Source: an uncultured virus (IMG/VR IMGVR_UViG_3300044693_000183) (Duplodnaviria; Heunggongvirae; Uroviricota; Caudoviricetes). From it: a DNA stretch of 64,000 bases. The notes under the pieces were generated by a model. It made no database searches. It was not told the DNA's origin and was given only the letters and a program-made list of their open reading frames with translations. The DNA lies in IMG/VR virus record IMGVR_UViG_3300044693_000183; one strand, written 5' to 3'. This document shows positions 38,801 through 47,927 of this stretch, in pieces; the stretch's first letter is position 1; each line of letters begins with the position of its first letter. Position numbers and translations under genes: made by a program.

Positions 38801-40133
38801 CAAACTGAGTCGCGATCTTCTGTAAGTTCGGCGGCAAACCCTGGAACATCTTCTGCGCGTCTTCAGCGGCGATCTTGCTCTGGTTGAACGTACTCATCAG
38901 CACAGTGCCCGAAGGCCCCATGTGCTGCATGATCGCGTCGCTGATCGACATCAACGCGCCCGAAACACCAGTCTTGCCCAGGTTCTGTGACACCTGATCC
39001 GAGCGGATCCCCAGCTGCGCCAGCTCCTGCGTCATCACGTTCGTCGGGTTGCTCAACGACCGGACCGTGTTCGCCAGGTTCTGCGCCGCCTGATCCGCAG
39101 ACACACCATGCGCGGTCATCTCCGCCAAATCACCCAAAATGTCCGTGAGTGACACGTGCGACGCCGACGCCACCGGGGCAATCGACGACATCGCCCCCGA
39201 CAGGTCCTCGAAGTTCGTCTTGCCCAACGAGACCGCGGTAACCAGCTTCGACGTCACATCCGCCGCCTGCTGCGCCGGCAGATGGTAGTCCGTCAGGATG
39301 TCCGTAACCGCATTCGCCACCGTCGACAGCTGCGCGTTCTCTTCCTTCGCGCCCTGGGCCGCCGCCTGCAACACCGTCAAACCATCAGCACCGTGATAGC
39401 CGGCTGATTCGACCGTGTACATGCCGCTGGTCAGCTCAGACGTCGAGGTACCGACATCCCCAGCCATCTGGAGAATGCCGTCACCCACCATCTTCAGGTT
39501 CGACGTCGACTCACCCGCAGACGTCGCCAGACGCGTCAACTGGGTTTGAAAATCCGCCGCCGACTTGACCGCGATACCACCAAGAGCGACACCCGCCGCC
39601 ACCGTGCCCGCGGCGAGAACACCGATCCCCTTAGTAAGGCCGGCGCTAGTGACAGTGTTGGCCTCTTGCGCGTCCTTCAACCTCTGCGCCGACAGAGCCT
39701 GCTTGTCTTGGGCGTCGGTCAGGGTGCTCTCGGCGAGCGCGGTCTTGGCCGCCTGCAGCTCGGCGTCACGCTTCGCCTGCGATAGCCGCTGCTCGGCAGC
39801 CATCACCTGGCTGGAGTCAGACGCGTACTTTTGACGTGCCTCAGCGAGTTTCGTCTCCGCCAGCTGTACCTTGTCGGCGGCGGCAGCAGCCTTCGAGTGC
39901 GCGTCAGCGACCTGCGTCGACGCGCGTTCCGTGGCCAATGCCGCCGACGACAGGTTGGACTTCAGCGCCTCGATGTTCGACTTCGAACCCGCCGTCAGGG
40001 CATCGCCGAACTCTTTGCCCGCCTGCTGGCCGATCTTCTTGACGTCGTTGACCGTGCCCGCGCTGAGCAGCGACGCGAACTTGTCCAGCGACGGAACGAT
40101 CTCCAGGAACACGGCCCCCACAGACGTCGCCAC
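35865..40133 (-). CDS. Tape measure protein with C-terminal lytic transglycosylase
   Basis: 1422 aa, Ala-rich, aromatic periodic repeats; RESGWN..NNWDSNA..GLAQVI..AAINY. Confidence 0.95.
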   Translation of the reverse strand: MATSVGAVFLEIVPSLDKFASLLSAGTVNDVKKIGQQAGKEFGDALTAGSKSNIEALKSNLSSAALATERASTQVADAHSKAAAAADKVQLAETKLAEARQKYASDSSQVMAAEQRLSQAKRDAELQAAKTALAESTLTDAQDKQALSAQRLKDAQEANTVTSAGLTKGIGVLAAGTVAAGVALGGIAVKSAADFQTQLTRLATSAGESTSNLKMVGDGILQMAGDVGTSTSELTSGMYTVESAGYHGADGLTVLQAAAQGAKEENAQLSTVANAVTDILTDYHLPAQQAADVTSKLVTAVSLGKTNFEDLSGAMSSIAPVASASHVSLTDILGDLAEMTAHGVSADQAAQNLANTVRSLSNPTNVMTQELAQLGIRSDQVSQNLGKTGVSGALMSISDAIMQHMGPSGTVLMSTFNQSKIAAEDAQKMFQGLPPNLQKIATQFDQGKISMNDWRQGLKNLPADQAALLTQWVNMRNNADGFSQALKSGSTAAQTYTQALAKATGNSTSMNVALMLTGENAGSTLSNINEISGATNEAGRNVKGWSDIQGTFNQKLAEAKASSEAFITAIGEKLLPAATAALGWVTDFTHGLTGLGTWLKQNINWIGLFAAVIGGLVTPILAVKAAMSVWAAATKAVEIAQVALNLVMRANPIMLIATAIMAVVAGLVYAYFHFESFRNIVNAIGTAIKVGFLAAVHGIEVGFNAVVAAAKAVGAAGVWLYQNALKPAFDAIVSAVKAVGAAGVWLYQNALKPAFDAVVTAVKAVGSAAAWLWQNVLQPVFNFIAQAAIIVAKVIIAIWIAPFVLAIKGLAIIFSWLWTNAIKPALGAIGSAAIWVFQNILQPAFNGATAVVSTLGKFFLWLYDSAVRPVLEWIGRRFQEMRLAFEIEWKFLRDYILQPLADFFVHTVWENGILAAANWISDKWTWLRQVFDQEWKFLRDNVLQPLADFFVHTVWENGILAAVNWISDKWKWLRQVFDEECKILRDDVLQPIVDFFVQTVWEHGIKAALDALVSGFHDGVSKIGDIWDGLKKLFGTPVEFVIRTVLNDGIIKGINWVLKQVGISGIPNIPDPNLPTFATGGVVPGYAPGQDTVHALLSPGEGVLVPQATAALGGARGIAAINSLYGSGGTGPTMTGGLPGYGLGGFVSDVLNGIGAEASAAWSGLKNVVLGGLRAAAQGFFTGVVNPLVGQIPGSPDNVAKRALTGMTQKVETDLLNFLGQKDATAPALGGTIPAGQHLAIIDAALSADGIPKDAWAVWEAGLNTLISRESGWNASAVNNWDSNAKAGTPSTGLAQVIGPTFATYRNKSLPNSLVDPVANVAAAINYIGARYGNITNVQQANANLPPKGYDSGGYLMPGVHTVFNATGRPEAVLTPQQTANLHSIANSPRGDVHVHVYPREAQSEMSIAHEVAARIGHELRR

Positions 40134-40158
40134 AGGGAATCACCCCCGCGGCACGCGC

Positions 40159-40646
40159 CTAGAACACTTCGGTCTGTGGAACTTGCGGCATCTCGCGGAA
40201 CAACCGCTCCCGAGCATCAACCAGCTCAGGATCCTGCGCGGGCTGCATCATGCTCAGCAGTGCGTCGTGGACGTTGCGGGACTGCTCCCGCTCCTGTGAA
40301 ACCGACATCTCCGACGGGCGCGGAATCAACGGCAGTTTCGCGTCAGACCCGTTGGCCTTGATAAACTCCATACGATACACACGCAGCTCGTTGAACAAGC
40401 TCACGAGCATGTGCAGGGACGCCGGCCACGGGTCATCAGCCATTGCACGCTTCGTCGCCGACTCATCCGGAAGGTGCTTCACCAGCAGGATCAGGCGCCG
40501 TGACGACAGCGTGCCACGCCACCAGTCCCCCACGTCGATGCCCCGGTACGCGAGATCAGCTTCGATCTCCTCGGGAAACTCCCGCAGTAGTCCGGCGGCT
40601 TCAGCCAGCGCTTTTCTGGTCGCCTCGGTCCTCCAGGTCCCGCTTC
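40159..40646 (-). CDS. Tail assembly chaperone frameshifted extension (gpT-like)
   Basis: Frame open across the TAC stop: ALAEAAGLLREFPEEIEADLAYRGIDV..LVKHLP. Confidence 0.7.
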
Positions 40647-40921
40647 ATCACAGCCCACGCGAGGATCACGTCCTTGCTGGTGCCACCATGCTTGATCAGC
40701 CGGGCGTAGTCCTTGGCGCCCAGGATCAGCTTCGCCGCCTCGACGGTCTTGTTCTCGCCGACCAGTTCCTCTGCCCCGTCTGGGGCGAGCAGCGGCGACG
40801 GCACAGACACGATCTCGCCGTTCTCCAGCTCGATGTCCAGGCCGGGCTCGACGCCCAACGCTTCGGACGCCTGCTGGCGCATCTCGGCGAGCCGCATCCG
40901 GCGACGGTTCGGTGAGGTCAT
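40601..40921 (-). CDS. Tail assembly chaperone (gpG-like)
   Basis: Position between major tail and TMP. Confidence 0.75.
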   Translation of the reverse strand: MTSPNRRRMRLAEMRQQASEALGVEPGLDIELENGEIVSVPSPLLAPDGAEELVGENKTVEAAKLILGAKDYARLIKHGGTSKDVILAWAVMKRDLEDRGDQKSAG

Positions 40922-40977
40922 GGTGGTAGATCCAATCTGGCGGCACACTGGCGGCAGCGTGCGAGAGGAAGGGAATA

Positions 40978-41403
40978 GTGATGCGGACGATCAAGCAGAT
41001 GCTCGAAGACCGCGAACAGCGGACCGGGAAGAGCAGCTGGTTGCTGAGGCAGGCCCGCGCTGGTGAGGCCGCCGAGCTCGGCGAGAAGCAGCCGTGGACA
41101 CTGGACTACACGCTCGACGAGCAAGGGTTGAGAACCAGCGACGGTCGTGTCCTGGACGTACAAGGTGCGACTGCGAGGATCGAGACTGAGGGGGAACTGC
41201 GGAAACGAGTCACGGCGACCCGCCTCGTTGCCCTCGGCCTGTTCGCCCTCGCGGCTCGAAAGAAGGTCGACTCCCGCACCGTGTACTTGACGATCGACGG
41301 GCCGAACGTCGCGGAGGTACGGGAGTATCAGGCGGCAAAGCTCGACCACGTAGCCTTGCGGCAGTTTGTGGCTAGCATCAACAGCCTCGCCCAACGCGGG
41401 TGA
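40978..41403 (+). CDS. Moron-like gene antisense to the tail operon
   Basis: GAGGAAGGG RBS; KRVTATRLVALGLFALAARKK motif. Confidence 0.75.
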   Translation: MMRTIKQMLEDREQRTGKSSWLLRQARAGEAAELGEKQPWTLDYTLDEQGLRTSDGRVLDVQGATARIETEGELRKRVTATRLVALGLFALAARKKVDSRTVYLTIDGPNVAEVREYQAAKLDHVALRQFVASINSLAQRG

Positions 41404-41455
41404 GGCCGGTGGGTGCGGCAGCCGCCAGATTGCCGCACCCACCGGGGTTTAGGGG

Positions 41456-42406
41456 TTAGTTCGGGGTCGCGATCACGGTGCTGGTCGCGCCGGAACCGTT
41501 GGCGTTGTTGGCCCTCACCGTGAACGTGTACGGCTGGCCACTCGTCAAGCCCGTGACGTTCTTCGTGGTCGTGCCCGAGGCAACAGTGAACGGCGAACCA
41601 GTGGCCGCGGTGTTCGTGGAGATCTGCGTCGCGGTCACCGTGTAGTTCGTCAACGCTGGAGCACCCGTACCCACCGTGGCCGCAGTCCAGGACAGCGACA
41701 CCGAACCAGTAGCCGGGGTCGCGGTGATCGTGCCAACACCAGACGGGACACCCAGAGCACGCCATGCGGGGCCCTCGCGGAACAGTTTCCGCGCATAGCC
41801 GGAGACACCGTCCGGGTATGCCTGAACGGTGATCTTGTACTGGGTCTCGGTCTTGGCCTGCCAATCCTGCTTGTCGATCTTCACCACACTGCACTTGGGG
41901 TACAGCTTCGCCATGAACGTGGGATTACTGGTCGTGCCATCCACGCCCAGGAACAGCACCGACCGGTACACCAACTGCGGCACCTGCGGATGCACCACGC
42001 TGTACCCAGTCGAACCCTCGGTGCCCGCATTCGCCAGCGGCTGACCGTCATACAGCATGTCCACAGTCGGATTCGACTGCAGCAGCGTGAACATCGCCTG
42101 CTCAGTATCCACGGTGACATCGCTGCGGAGCGGCTGGCGCGTCTGCCAACCGTTCGTGTCGGCCATCGTCCACGATGGCGAGAACTCCACGCCATCCTCG
42201 GACAAATAGCCCAGGTCAGTCCACCCGTCACTGGTCAGCAGTGTGTTGTTCAACAGACCGGTGCTGGAGTCGAACGGGCTGTACGTGGCGAACGTGTTGC
42301 TCGTCGAGTAGTCCTGGATGAGGACACTGCCGTACAGTCCCTTAAAAATCTGGCCCGGCTGTGCAGGCCCGCTGTTGAACAACGAGAGCCAAGTTGCGCC
42401 GCTCAT
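41456..42406 (-). CDS. Major tail protein with C-terminal FN3 domain
   Basis: WTDLGYLSEDG, GWQ; FN3 VSLSW..Y..GLTSGQPYTFTVRA.N..G. Confidence 0.9.
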   Translation of the reverse strand: MSGATWLSLFNSGPAQPGQIFKGLYGSVLIQDYSTSNTFATYSPFDSSTGLLNNTLLTSDGWTDLGYLSEDGVEFSPSWTMADTNGWQTRQPLRSDVTVDTEQAMFTLLQSNPTVDMLYDGQPLANAGTEGSTGYSVVHPQVPQLVYRSVLFLGVDGTTSNPTFMAKLYPKCSVVKIDKQDWQAKTETQYKITVQAYPDGVSGYARKLFREGPAWRALGVPSGVGTITATPATGSVSLSWTAATVGTGAPALTNYTVTATQISTNTAATGSPFTVASGTTTKNVTGLTSGQPYTFTVRANNANGSGATSTVIATPN

Positions 42407-42519
42407 GAACGCTTCTCCTTATGAGTCGAGCGGTTAGTCAGAGGAAAAGGCCATGCCGAACCGCGCAAGGCAGAAGCGGAGCGGGTCACAGGCCACGACG
42501 GGGCCTTTGGCCGACAGAA

Positions 42520-42921
42520 CTAGCTAGCGGCAACGCTCAGCGGAATGCCGAGACGGGTAGTGATGGTGTACGACGCCACATACCTCTTCAGGTGCTCGTC
42601 GCCGTAGTCCACCCAGCGTGGGGCCATGAGGACATCCACGTCGTCAATGACGCACCCGTTCACGGCGGTGCCGCGGAGCGCCATCATGCGCTGGTGCATC
42701 AAGATCGCCGTGGCCAGCGAGGTGGCCCGGGTGGTGTTGAGTACGTCCACGTCGACCGTGGCCATATCGTTGATGTAGTCCGATGGGCCGCCGACGCGTG
42801 TCACCTGCGCGAAGGGCAAGAGCCCGAGGACGTTCTCTGGGGTTTCGACCGCGACGCCCTGGAAGCCGCACGTGCCGGTCAGGTAGGCGACGACGACCTG
42901 TTCGGGGGGCAGGTAGGTCAC
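42520..42921 (-). CDS. Tail terminator
   Basis: LPFAQVTRVGG..VDVD..RYVASY; position. Confidence 0.8.
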   Translation of the reverse strand: MTYLPPEQVVVAYLTGTCGFQGVAVETPENVLGLLPFAQVTRVGGPSDYINDMATVDVDVLNTTRATSLATAILMHQRMMALRGTAVNGCVIDDVDVLMAPRWVDYGDEHLKRYVASYTITTRLGIPLSVAAS

Positions 42922-43241
42922 AGCAGCCCCCGAAGGTAATCCAGGGTTCGGCGCAGAACCGCATATTTCGGCATCTTTTTAGCGCCAAATTCAATCCAGT
43001 TCGCCTTTTGATCCTTCGCGCCAATACGCAAAGACATTCGCGATTTGCCCTGGTAGATTTGCGCATTGATGGAGTCCCGGTACGCGCCCGGGTGCGGGTC
43101 GCGCCCCCCGCCGACAGGGGCAATGCTCTGGGCGTACTGGACACCCTTCTTGCCCAGATTCTCCAGGTATGCGCGCAGTTCTGGCGAGGTACGGAGCCAG
43201 ATACCTGCCATCTCGTAGTCGAGCTGCATGTCCTTGGCCAT
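42918..43241 (-). CDS. Neck protein (HK97 gp10-like)
   Basis: APV..GAYRDSI..A.WIEFG. Confidence 0.8.
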   Translation of the reverse strand: MAKDMQLDYEMAGIWLRTSPELRAYLENLGKKGVQYAQSIAPVGGGRDPHPGAYRDSINAQIYQGKSRMSLRIGAKDQKANWIEFGAKKMPKYAVLRRTLDYLRGLL

Positions 43242-43576
43242 CAGCCGGTCGCCCTCCTCAACATAACCTCCTGGTGCGAGACACGCCCGAAGTAGTCGGT
43301 CCACACCTGCGGGTCGCCGTCGACCTCGTAGCGCAGCCCATCCCAGGGGGTGATGATCGCCGCTATCGCAGTCAGGTCCACCGTGGTAGGGGCGAACAGT
43401 TTCCAGTGGCTGGTGACCTGATCCACGTCCCCGAGGGTTTCGATCGTGGTCAGCGGCTGAAACGAGCACCCCGTGATCGGGGTCTGCGTCTCCACCTTCT
43501 GCGCCACACCTAGGTTGTCGGGGGTGCCGTACGTGACGAGGACAGCGGTCACAGTTTGCCGACCGATGGGAGCCAC
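43241..43576 (-). CDS. Head closure/stopper protein
   Basis: GCSFQP..YEVDGDP..W..L.R.TG. Confidence 0.8.
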   Translation of the reverse strand: MAPIGRQTVTAVLVTYGTPDNLGVAQKVETQTPITGCSFQPLTTIETLGDVDQVTSHWKLFAPTTVDLTAIAAIITPWDGLRYEVDGDPQVWTDYFGRVSHQEVMLRRATG

Positions 43577-43584
43577 AGCACCCC

Positions 43585-44172
43585 CTAGGCGTTGCCGGGC
43601 ATGAAGAACCGGTCCAACGATGCCTTCTCGCCAGCCGTGAACAGGTCGTCGCCATGCCCACGGAACGTCACCTGCACGCCCCCGGTTCGCGCCGACTGCA
43701 GCCACTGCGGGTTGTTCACCAGCCGCGCCGCGGCCTGCAAGCACACCGAGTACAGAGGGCCGGGAATGGTGGTGTAGCCGTGGGTGTAGGTGACGCGGAT
43801 CGTGTCCAGATCAGTCGGCCACGATGTCGGGTTGAAGCCCGCGTTCGGCACGATGTAGACGAGACCGTTTGACTTCCACCGGTACTGGCTGGCGGGGATG
43901 GTGTTCCAGCCGGTGCCGTTGCGGTCGTCGTAGTACTCCAGCAGCGACACATTCGTCACTGGCAACTCGGGCACGAACACGGCGAAGCCCGGGAGCGGGT
44001 CGACCACGATCACGTCGTTGGTGACTGGGAAGAGGTTCTGGCCGGTGTAGCCCTGGATCTCCGTTGTCACCTGGAACAAGACCTGCAGCGCCTGGCCCTC
44101 GTCCAGGGTTTCCCCCACGAGGGTGGCCAGGTCGGATGGCGGGGCGAGGGTTTGGATGGTGGGTGAGGTCAC
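43585..44172 (-). CDS. Head-tail adaptor
   Basis: IRVTYTHGY..IP..AAARLVNNP. Confidence 0.85.
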   Translation of the reverse strand: MTSPTIQTLAPPSDLATLVGETLDEGQALQVLFQVTTEIQGYTGQNLFPVTNDVIVVDPLPGFAVFVPELPVTNVSLLEYYDDRNGTGWNTIPASQYRWKSNGLVYIVPNAGFNPTSWPTDLDTIRVTYTHGYTTIPGPLYSVCLQAAARLVNNPQWLQSARTGGVQVTFRGHGDDLFTAGEKASLDRFFMPGNA

Positions 44173-44185
44173 GAGCGCACCTCAC

Positions 44186-44392
44186 TCACTTGGTCTCGGC
44201 GTTCCTCGAACGCTTCGGCTTCGCTGGCTGCTCGGGGTCGGGTTGCACAACCTTGGCGGTCACCTCAGGCTGCACCGTCACGTTCAGGACCTCATCCCCG
44301 TTGCCCAAAGCTGGGTCATAAGAGCCATCCTCAGGCGGATAGTGCCCGTACACCTGGAAATAGGTGTACCGGTCGCAGTACTCCGTGGTCAT
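44186..44392 (-). CDS. Small post-capsid protein
   Basis: GGAGG RBS; Lys/Pro-rich tail. Confidence 0.6.
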   Translation of the reverse strand: MTTEYCDRYTYFQVYGHYPPEDGSYDPALGNGDEVLNVTVQPEVTAKVVQPDPEQPAKPKRSRNAETK

Positions 44393-44394
44393 AG

Positions 44395-44886
44395 TCACCT
44401 CCCCCACAGGGAGAAGTTCACCGTCGCAGACGGGGAACCAGTGCCACCGAGGGTCCAGCGGATCCGGCCGTTCGCAGTGAGGGTCGCGCCCGCGAGCATC
44501 GTGCCGCCCGCGTTGGACACGCTGATCACGCCCGCATACACGCCGGTCGCGGTGATCGCCGCGCCAGAGATGGACGTCGAGTTCGAGGTGGTCACCCAGT
44601 TCCCGTTGCCATCTTTCACGTCCACGAACACCGCCAACGTCGGGGACGTGCCGGAGATCGCGGTGACCTGGACGACGAGTAGACCGTTCGACACCTGCGA
44701 CAAGTCGATCGCACCCGCTACGCCAGTGATGGCGTTGACAGTGCCCGCGGTGACCGTGTCCGAACTGGAGGAGATGACCACCCCGGACGCCCGGAACAGT
44801 TCGCCCGTGACGGCACCAGATGCGCCTTCGTTGATGCTGCCCACAGTCGCCTCCTGAAAGGTGTAGGTGCGGCGTGGGCTCGGCAC
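44395..44886 (-). CDS. Putative capsid decoration protein (start uncertain)
   Basis: Beta-rich; VTAISGTSPTL..IRWTLGG; follows MCP. Confidence 0.55.
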   Translation of the reverse strand: MPSPRRTYTFQEATVGSINEGASGAVTGELFRASGVVISSSSDTVTAGTVNAITGVAGAIDLSQVSNGLLVVQVTAISGTSPTLAVFVDVKDGNGNWVTTSNSTSISGAAITATGVYAGVISVSNAGGTMLAGATLTANGRIRWTLGGTGSPSATVNFSLWGR

Positions 44887-44921
44887 GGTGCCACATGCCG
44901 AGCCCACGACCACAGTGGAGA

Positions 44922-46331
44922 TCAGGAGGTGGAGGTAGACAGCTTGACCAGCTCGAACGCCTGCGGCCTGTACACCGCGAGCGCCAGACGCGACGTGGCA
45001 CGCACAGACACCAAGCCCTGCTCGAAGTCTGTGCCGTTGGTGTTGACCATCTCCACGGTGATGCCCTTGCTGCGGAACAGCTGCCCGTTTTCCTTGAACG
45101 CACCCACAAGGATGTAGCCCTGCGGGATCACCGGGGTCACGACAACCTTCTTGCCCCACAGGGACTCGCCGGCGTTCTGCGGCTGACCGTAGTCGGCGCC
45201 GAAGAACGACCCACCGAGGTACTGGTTCTGGTTGTCCTTGCCCAGGCGGATGGTCTGCCAGTCAAACGGGTTGACCACGAAAGCATCCGGCTCGCAGAAC
45301 GCGGTGAACCGAATGTCGGTGATCGCACCGAACAGGCCGTCAGCGATCTGCAGCGCGGTCGCGGGGGTGTTCGGGGTGCCGGCCTCACGACCGTAGGAGA
45401 TGGTGGACACGGTCGAGCTGGACTCGCCAGCGCCAGCGGTGCCGGACGCCGGGAACGCGAGACCACCCGTGATGGCGGTGCCACCAGCGGCAACACCAGG
45501 GGCGACGGTGAAGCCGGAAGTGCGGGCCAGGAGGCCGTTGACGCCCGGGTAGCCGCTGCCGGCGAGGATCTGAACCTCTTCCTGACGCTGCACACCAAAG
45601 ACGAGCCGGTTGTTGAGGAAGCTCACGTACTGCGAGGCGTCCTGCAGCATTTCATCGGTGATCTTGTGAACGTTGGTGACCTTGCCGACCTGCTCCTGAA
45701 CGCGGGCAATCGCGTCAGTCGAGTACGGCATGGTCGCGCCTTCACCAGTGGCCGCGCTGGAGTTCGTCCACGCGGTCTCCTTCAGGTAGGAGATGACCGG
45801 CGAGTCGGTGGCGCCCGCAGCGAACAGGTCAGCGATCGTCAGCGGAAAAAACCGCTGCTCCACGATGCCCGGCAGGAAGTTCGGCAGGATCGCCGGACCC
45901 GCAGTACCAGCCAGGAAGTAGCCGCTGAGCGCGGAACCGGCGGTGGTACCCGAGGTCGACTCACCCATCATGTTGGTGGCGCCCTGGGTCTTCATGCCGA
46001 CCTCGGTCATGTACGAGTAGCGACCGCCCTTGGAGCGGACCGCCATCTTGTACGCCTCCGAGGCGAGGGCTTCCTCGCCGAGAGACCGGTACACCGGGCC
46101 CGCAGCAGAGCCCTGCTCAGTGTGGCTGTCTTCAGCGGCGCCGATGCCGGACATCAACGAGCGAGCGCGCTCCAGGTTCTTCAGCTCGGCGCCGATACGC
46201 TCGGACTCCTCCTGGAGCTTGTCGAGCTTCGCGCCCTTCTCGCTGACGGACATCTCGGCGTCGTTGATGACGCCCTGGATCTGCTCGCCGAGGCTCCTGG
46301 CCGCAGACTTGAGCTCAATTTCGGTAGCCAT
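44922..46331 (-). CDS. Major capsid protein, HK97 fold
   Basis: Coiled delta domain, EG..P, ITDEMLQD, QIL.G.G, KDNQNQY, VYRPQAF. Confidence 0.95.
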   Translation of the reverse strand: MATEIELKSAARSLGEQIQGVINDAEMSVSEKGAKLDKLQEESERIGAELKNLERARSLMSGIGAAEDSHTEQGSAAGPVYRSLGEEALASEAYKMAVRSKGGRYSYMTEVGMKTQGATNMMGESTSGTTAGSALSGYFLAGTAGPAILPNFLPGIVEQRFFPLTIADLFAAGATDSPVISYLKETAWTNSSAATGEGATMPYSTDAIARVQEQVGKVTNVHKITDEMLQDASQYVSFLNNRLVFGVQRQEEVQILAGSGYPGVNGLLARTSGFTVAPGVAAGGTAITGGLAFPASGTAGAGESSSTVSTISYGREAGTPNTPATALQIADGLFGAITDIRFTAFCEPDAFVVNPFDWQTIRLGKDNQNQYLGGSFFGADYGQPQNAGESLWGKKVVVTPVIPQGYILVGAFKENGQLFRSKGITVEMVNTNGTDFEQGLVSVRATSRLALAVYRPQAFELVKLSTSTS

Positions 46332-46403
46332 GAGAGGCTTTTCCTTTGCGAATGAGGACGCTCGTTGGGTTGCGGCACACCAAAACGAGCAGTGGGAACG
46401 GGG

Positions 46404-47927
46404 TTACAGAGACAGCGCCTGCGCTCGGAGCGCCAAAGCGCGAGCCCGCACCGCGATCTCCTCATCAGCGGAACCGGCACCGGCGGACTTAACGTCGGCG
46501 GATGCGGGGTCGGCGGACTTCTGAGAGTCGTCCTTCGGGCTTTCACCAGCCAGCTCAAGCAACGAGTCCGGAGCGTCGTCACCGATCTGCCTGTACAAGG
46601 CCAGCAGCTTCCGGGCCGCGGCCTTCTTCTCATCCGTGGGGGCGTCGACACCCCCACGTCCACCCGCGAGAGCCGCCGCGGCAGCGTGCACAGCGTTGCT
46701 GTTCACGTCCCCGTTCGGCTCCTTCACGGGAAGCTTGTAGTCGTCCTTCGAGTCAGACTCAGTGGCCGGTCCGATGAGGCACGACGCGCGCCACTGCTCG
46801 ATCGTGAACCGGGAGGCCGAGCCGTCCCACGGGGTGTTCACAACCGACTTTGCCTCAACACTGCTCGGCTCGACAGCCTTCTGGTCGTCATCGTTGGAGC
46901 CGTCACCCTCGGGCACAACCGTGGTGATGATCGTGACGTCGGTGACCTTGTCTCCTAGCATGACCTGCGAACCATCGTCCTCGAACGTGCGGGACATCGA
47001 GTCGCCATTCAGGCAGTACACGACCGTGCCCGACTTGCCGCCCTCATCGAGGAACGTGGCCTGCACATATACCCACGCGCTCGGGTTGCCACGCTCGTAG
47101 ATGTCGCACAGGGCATCGGAGATGCGGGCCTGTAGATCCTCCACAGAGTTCGCGAGAGCCTTCGCGACATACAGGGTTGCGGTCTTCTCGGCCGGCTTCG
47201 CCTGCGGCAGCACCATCAAGCGGCCGACGTGAAGCGGGTTGCGCTCCACGGCCTCAGCGAACGCCTTCGACAAGGACTCGACATCAATCGATCCGGTGAC
47301 GTCAACGACAAACGGCGACGGGGCCTTGTTCGCCCCATCCATCTCGCCCGTGTCAGCATTCTGCGCCTCAGCGCACGACGCACCCAGAGCCGCAGCGTGA
47401 TCATGGATCGCCTGGATCGACTTCTTGTCGGCCGCGTTGTTCCGCGCGCCCGCCTTCGTCTCGATGTCCACGCCGATCCCCTTGCTGTCCAACACAACCG
47501 CGTCCCGATTGCTGGGAACCGCAACAAACGCGCCGTTCAGAAGCTCCCGCTTCACAACGGACTTGCCGTCCTTCTCCGTCTTCGTCGACATGAACGTGAC
47601 CGACGTGTTCCGGACGTGCTTCTCCTTCACCAGCGTCCGAACCAGCTGCCCCAGCGCCGTGGACGCGTAGGTGCCGCGCACATGCAGGCACCCGTCGTCC
47701 TCGATCGTCGGGACACCCGAGCCGACCGTCTTCTCCACCGACATGGCGTGATCGATGTCGAAGTTGATCCAGTCCGGGAGGTCTTCCCACTCGTCGTGCC
47801 GCAGCACGTCCCCGTCGCGGTCCTTTGACTCTGCGGACAGGATCACGTGGAAACTGCCGTAAGGGGTGTCGGCGTCGTCCTCGCCTGGCTCGATCGAGGC
47901 GAGCGCCTTAGAGATGATGTCCATCAT
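46404..47927 (-). CDS. Prohead protease with long C-terminal extension
   Basis: KDRDGD, DH, TSVTF, ELLNGAFVAVPSNRDA; lies between portal and capsid. Confidence 0.85.
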   Translation of the reverse strand: MMDIISKALASIEPGEDDADTPYGSFHVILSAESKDRDGDVLRHDEWEDLPDWINFDIDHAMSVEKTVGSGVPTIEDDGCLHVRGTYASTALGQLVRTLVKEKHVRNTSVTFMSTKTEKDGKSVVKRELLNGAFVAVPSNRDAVVLDSKGIGVDIETKAGARNNAADKKSIQAIHDHAAALGASCAEAQNADTGEMDGANKAPSPFVVDVTGSIDVESLSKAFAEAVERNPLHVGRLMVLPQAKPAEKTATLYVAKALANSVEDLQARISDALCDIYERGNPSAWVYVQATFLDEGGKSGTVVYCLNGDSMSRTFEDDGSQVMLGDKVTDVTIITTVVPEGDGSNDDDQKAVEPSSVEAKSVVNTPWDGSASRFTIEQWRASCLIGPATESDSKDDYKLPVKEPNGDVNSNAVHAAAAALAGGRGGVDAPTDEKKAAARKLLALYRQIGDDAPDSLLELAGESPKDDSQKSADPASADVKSAGAGSADEEIAVRARALALRAQALSL

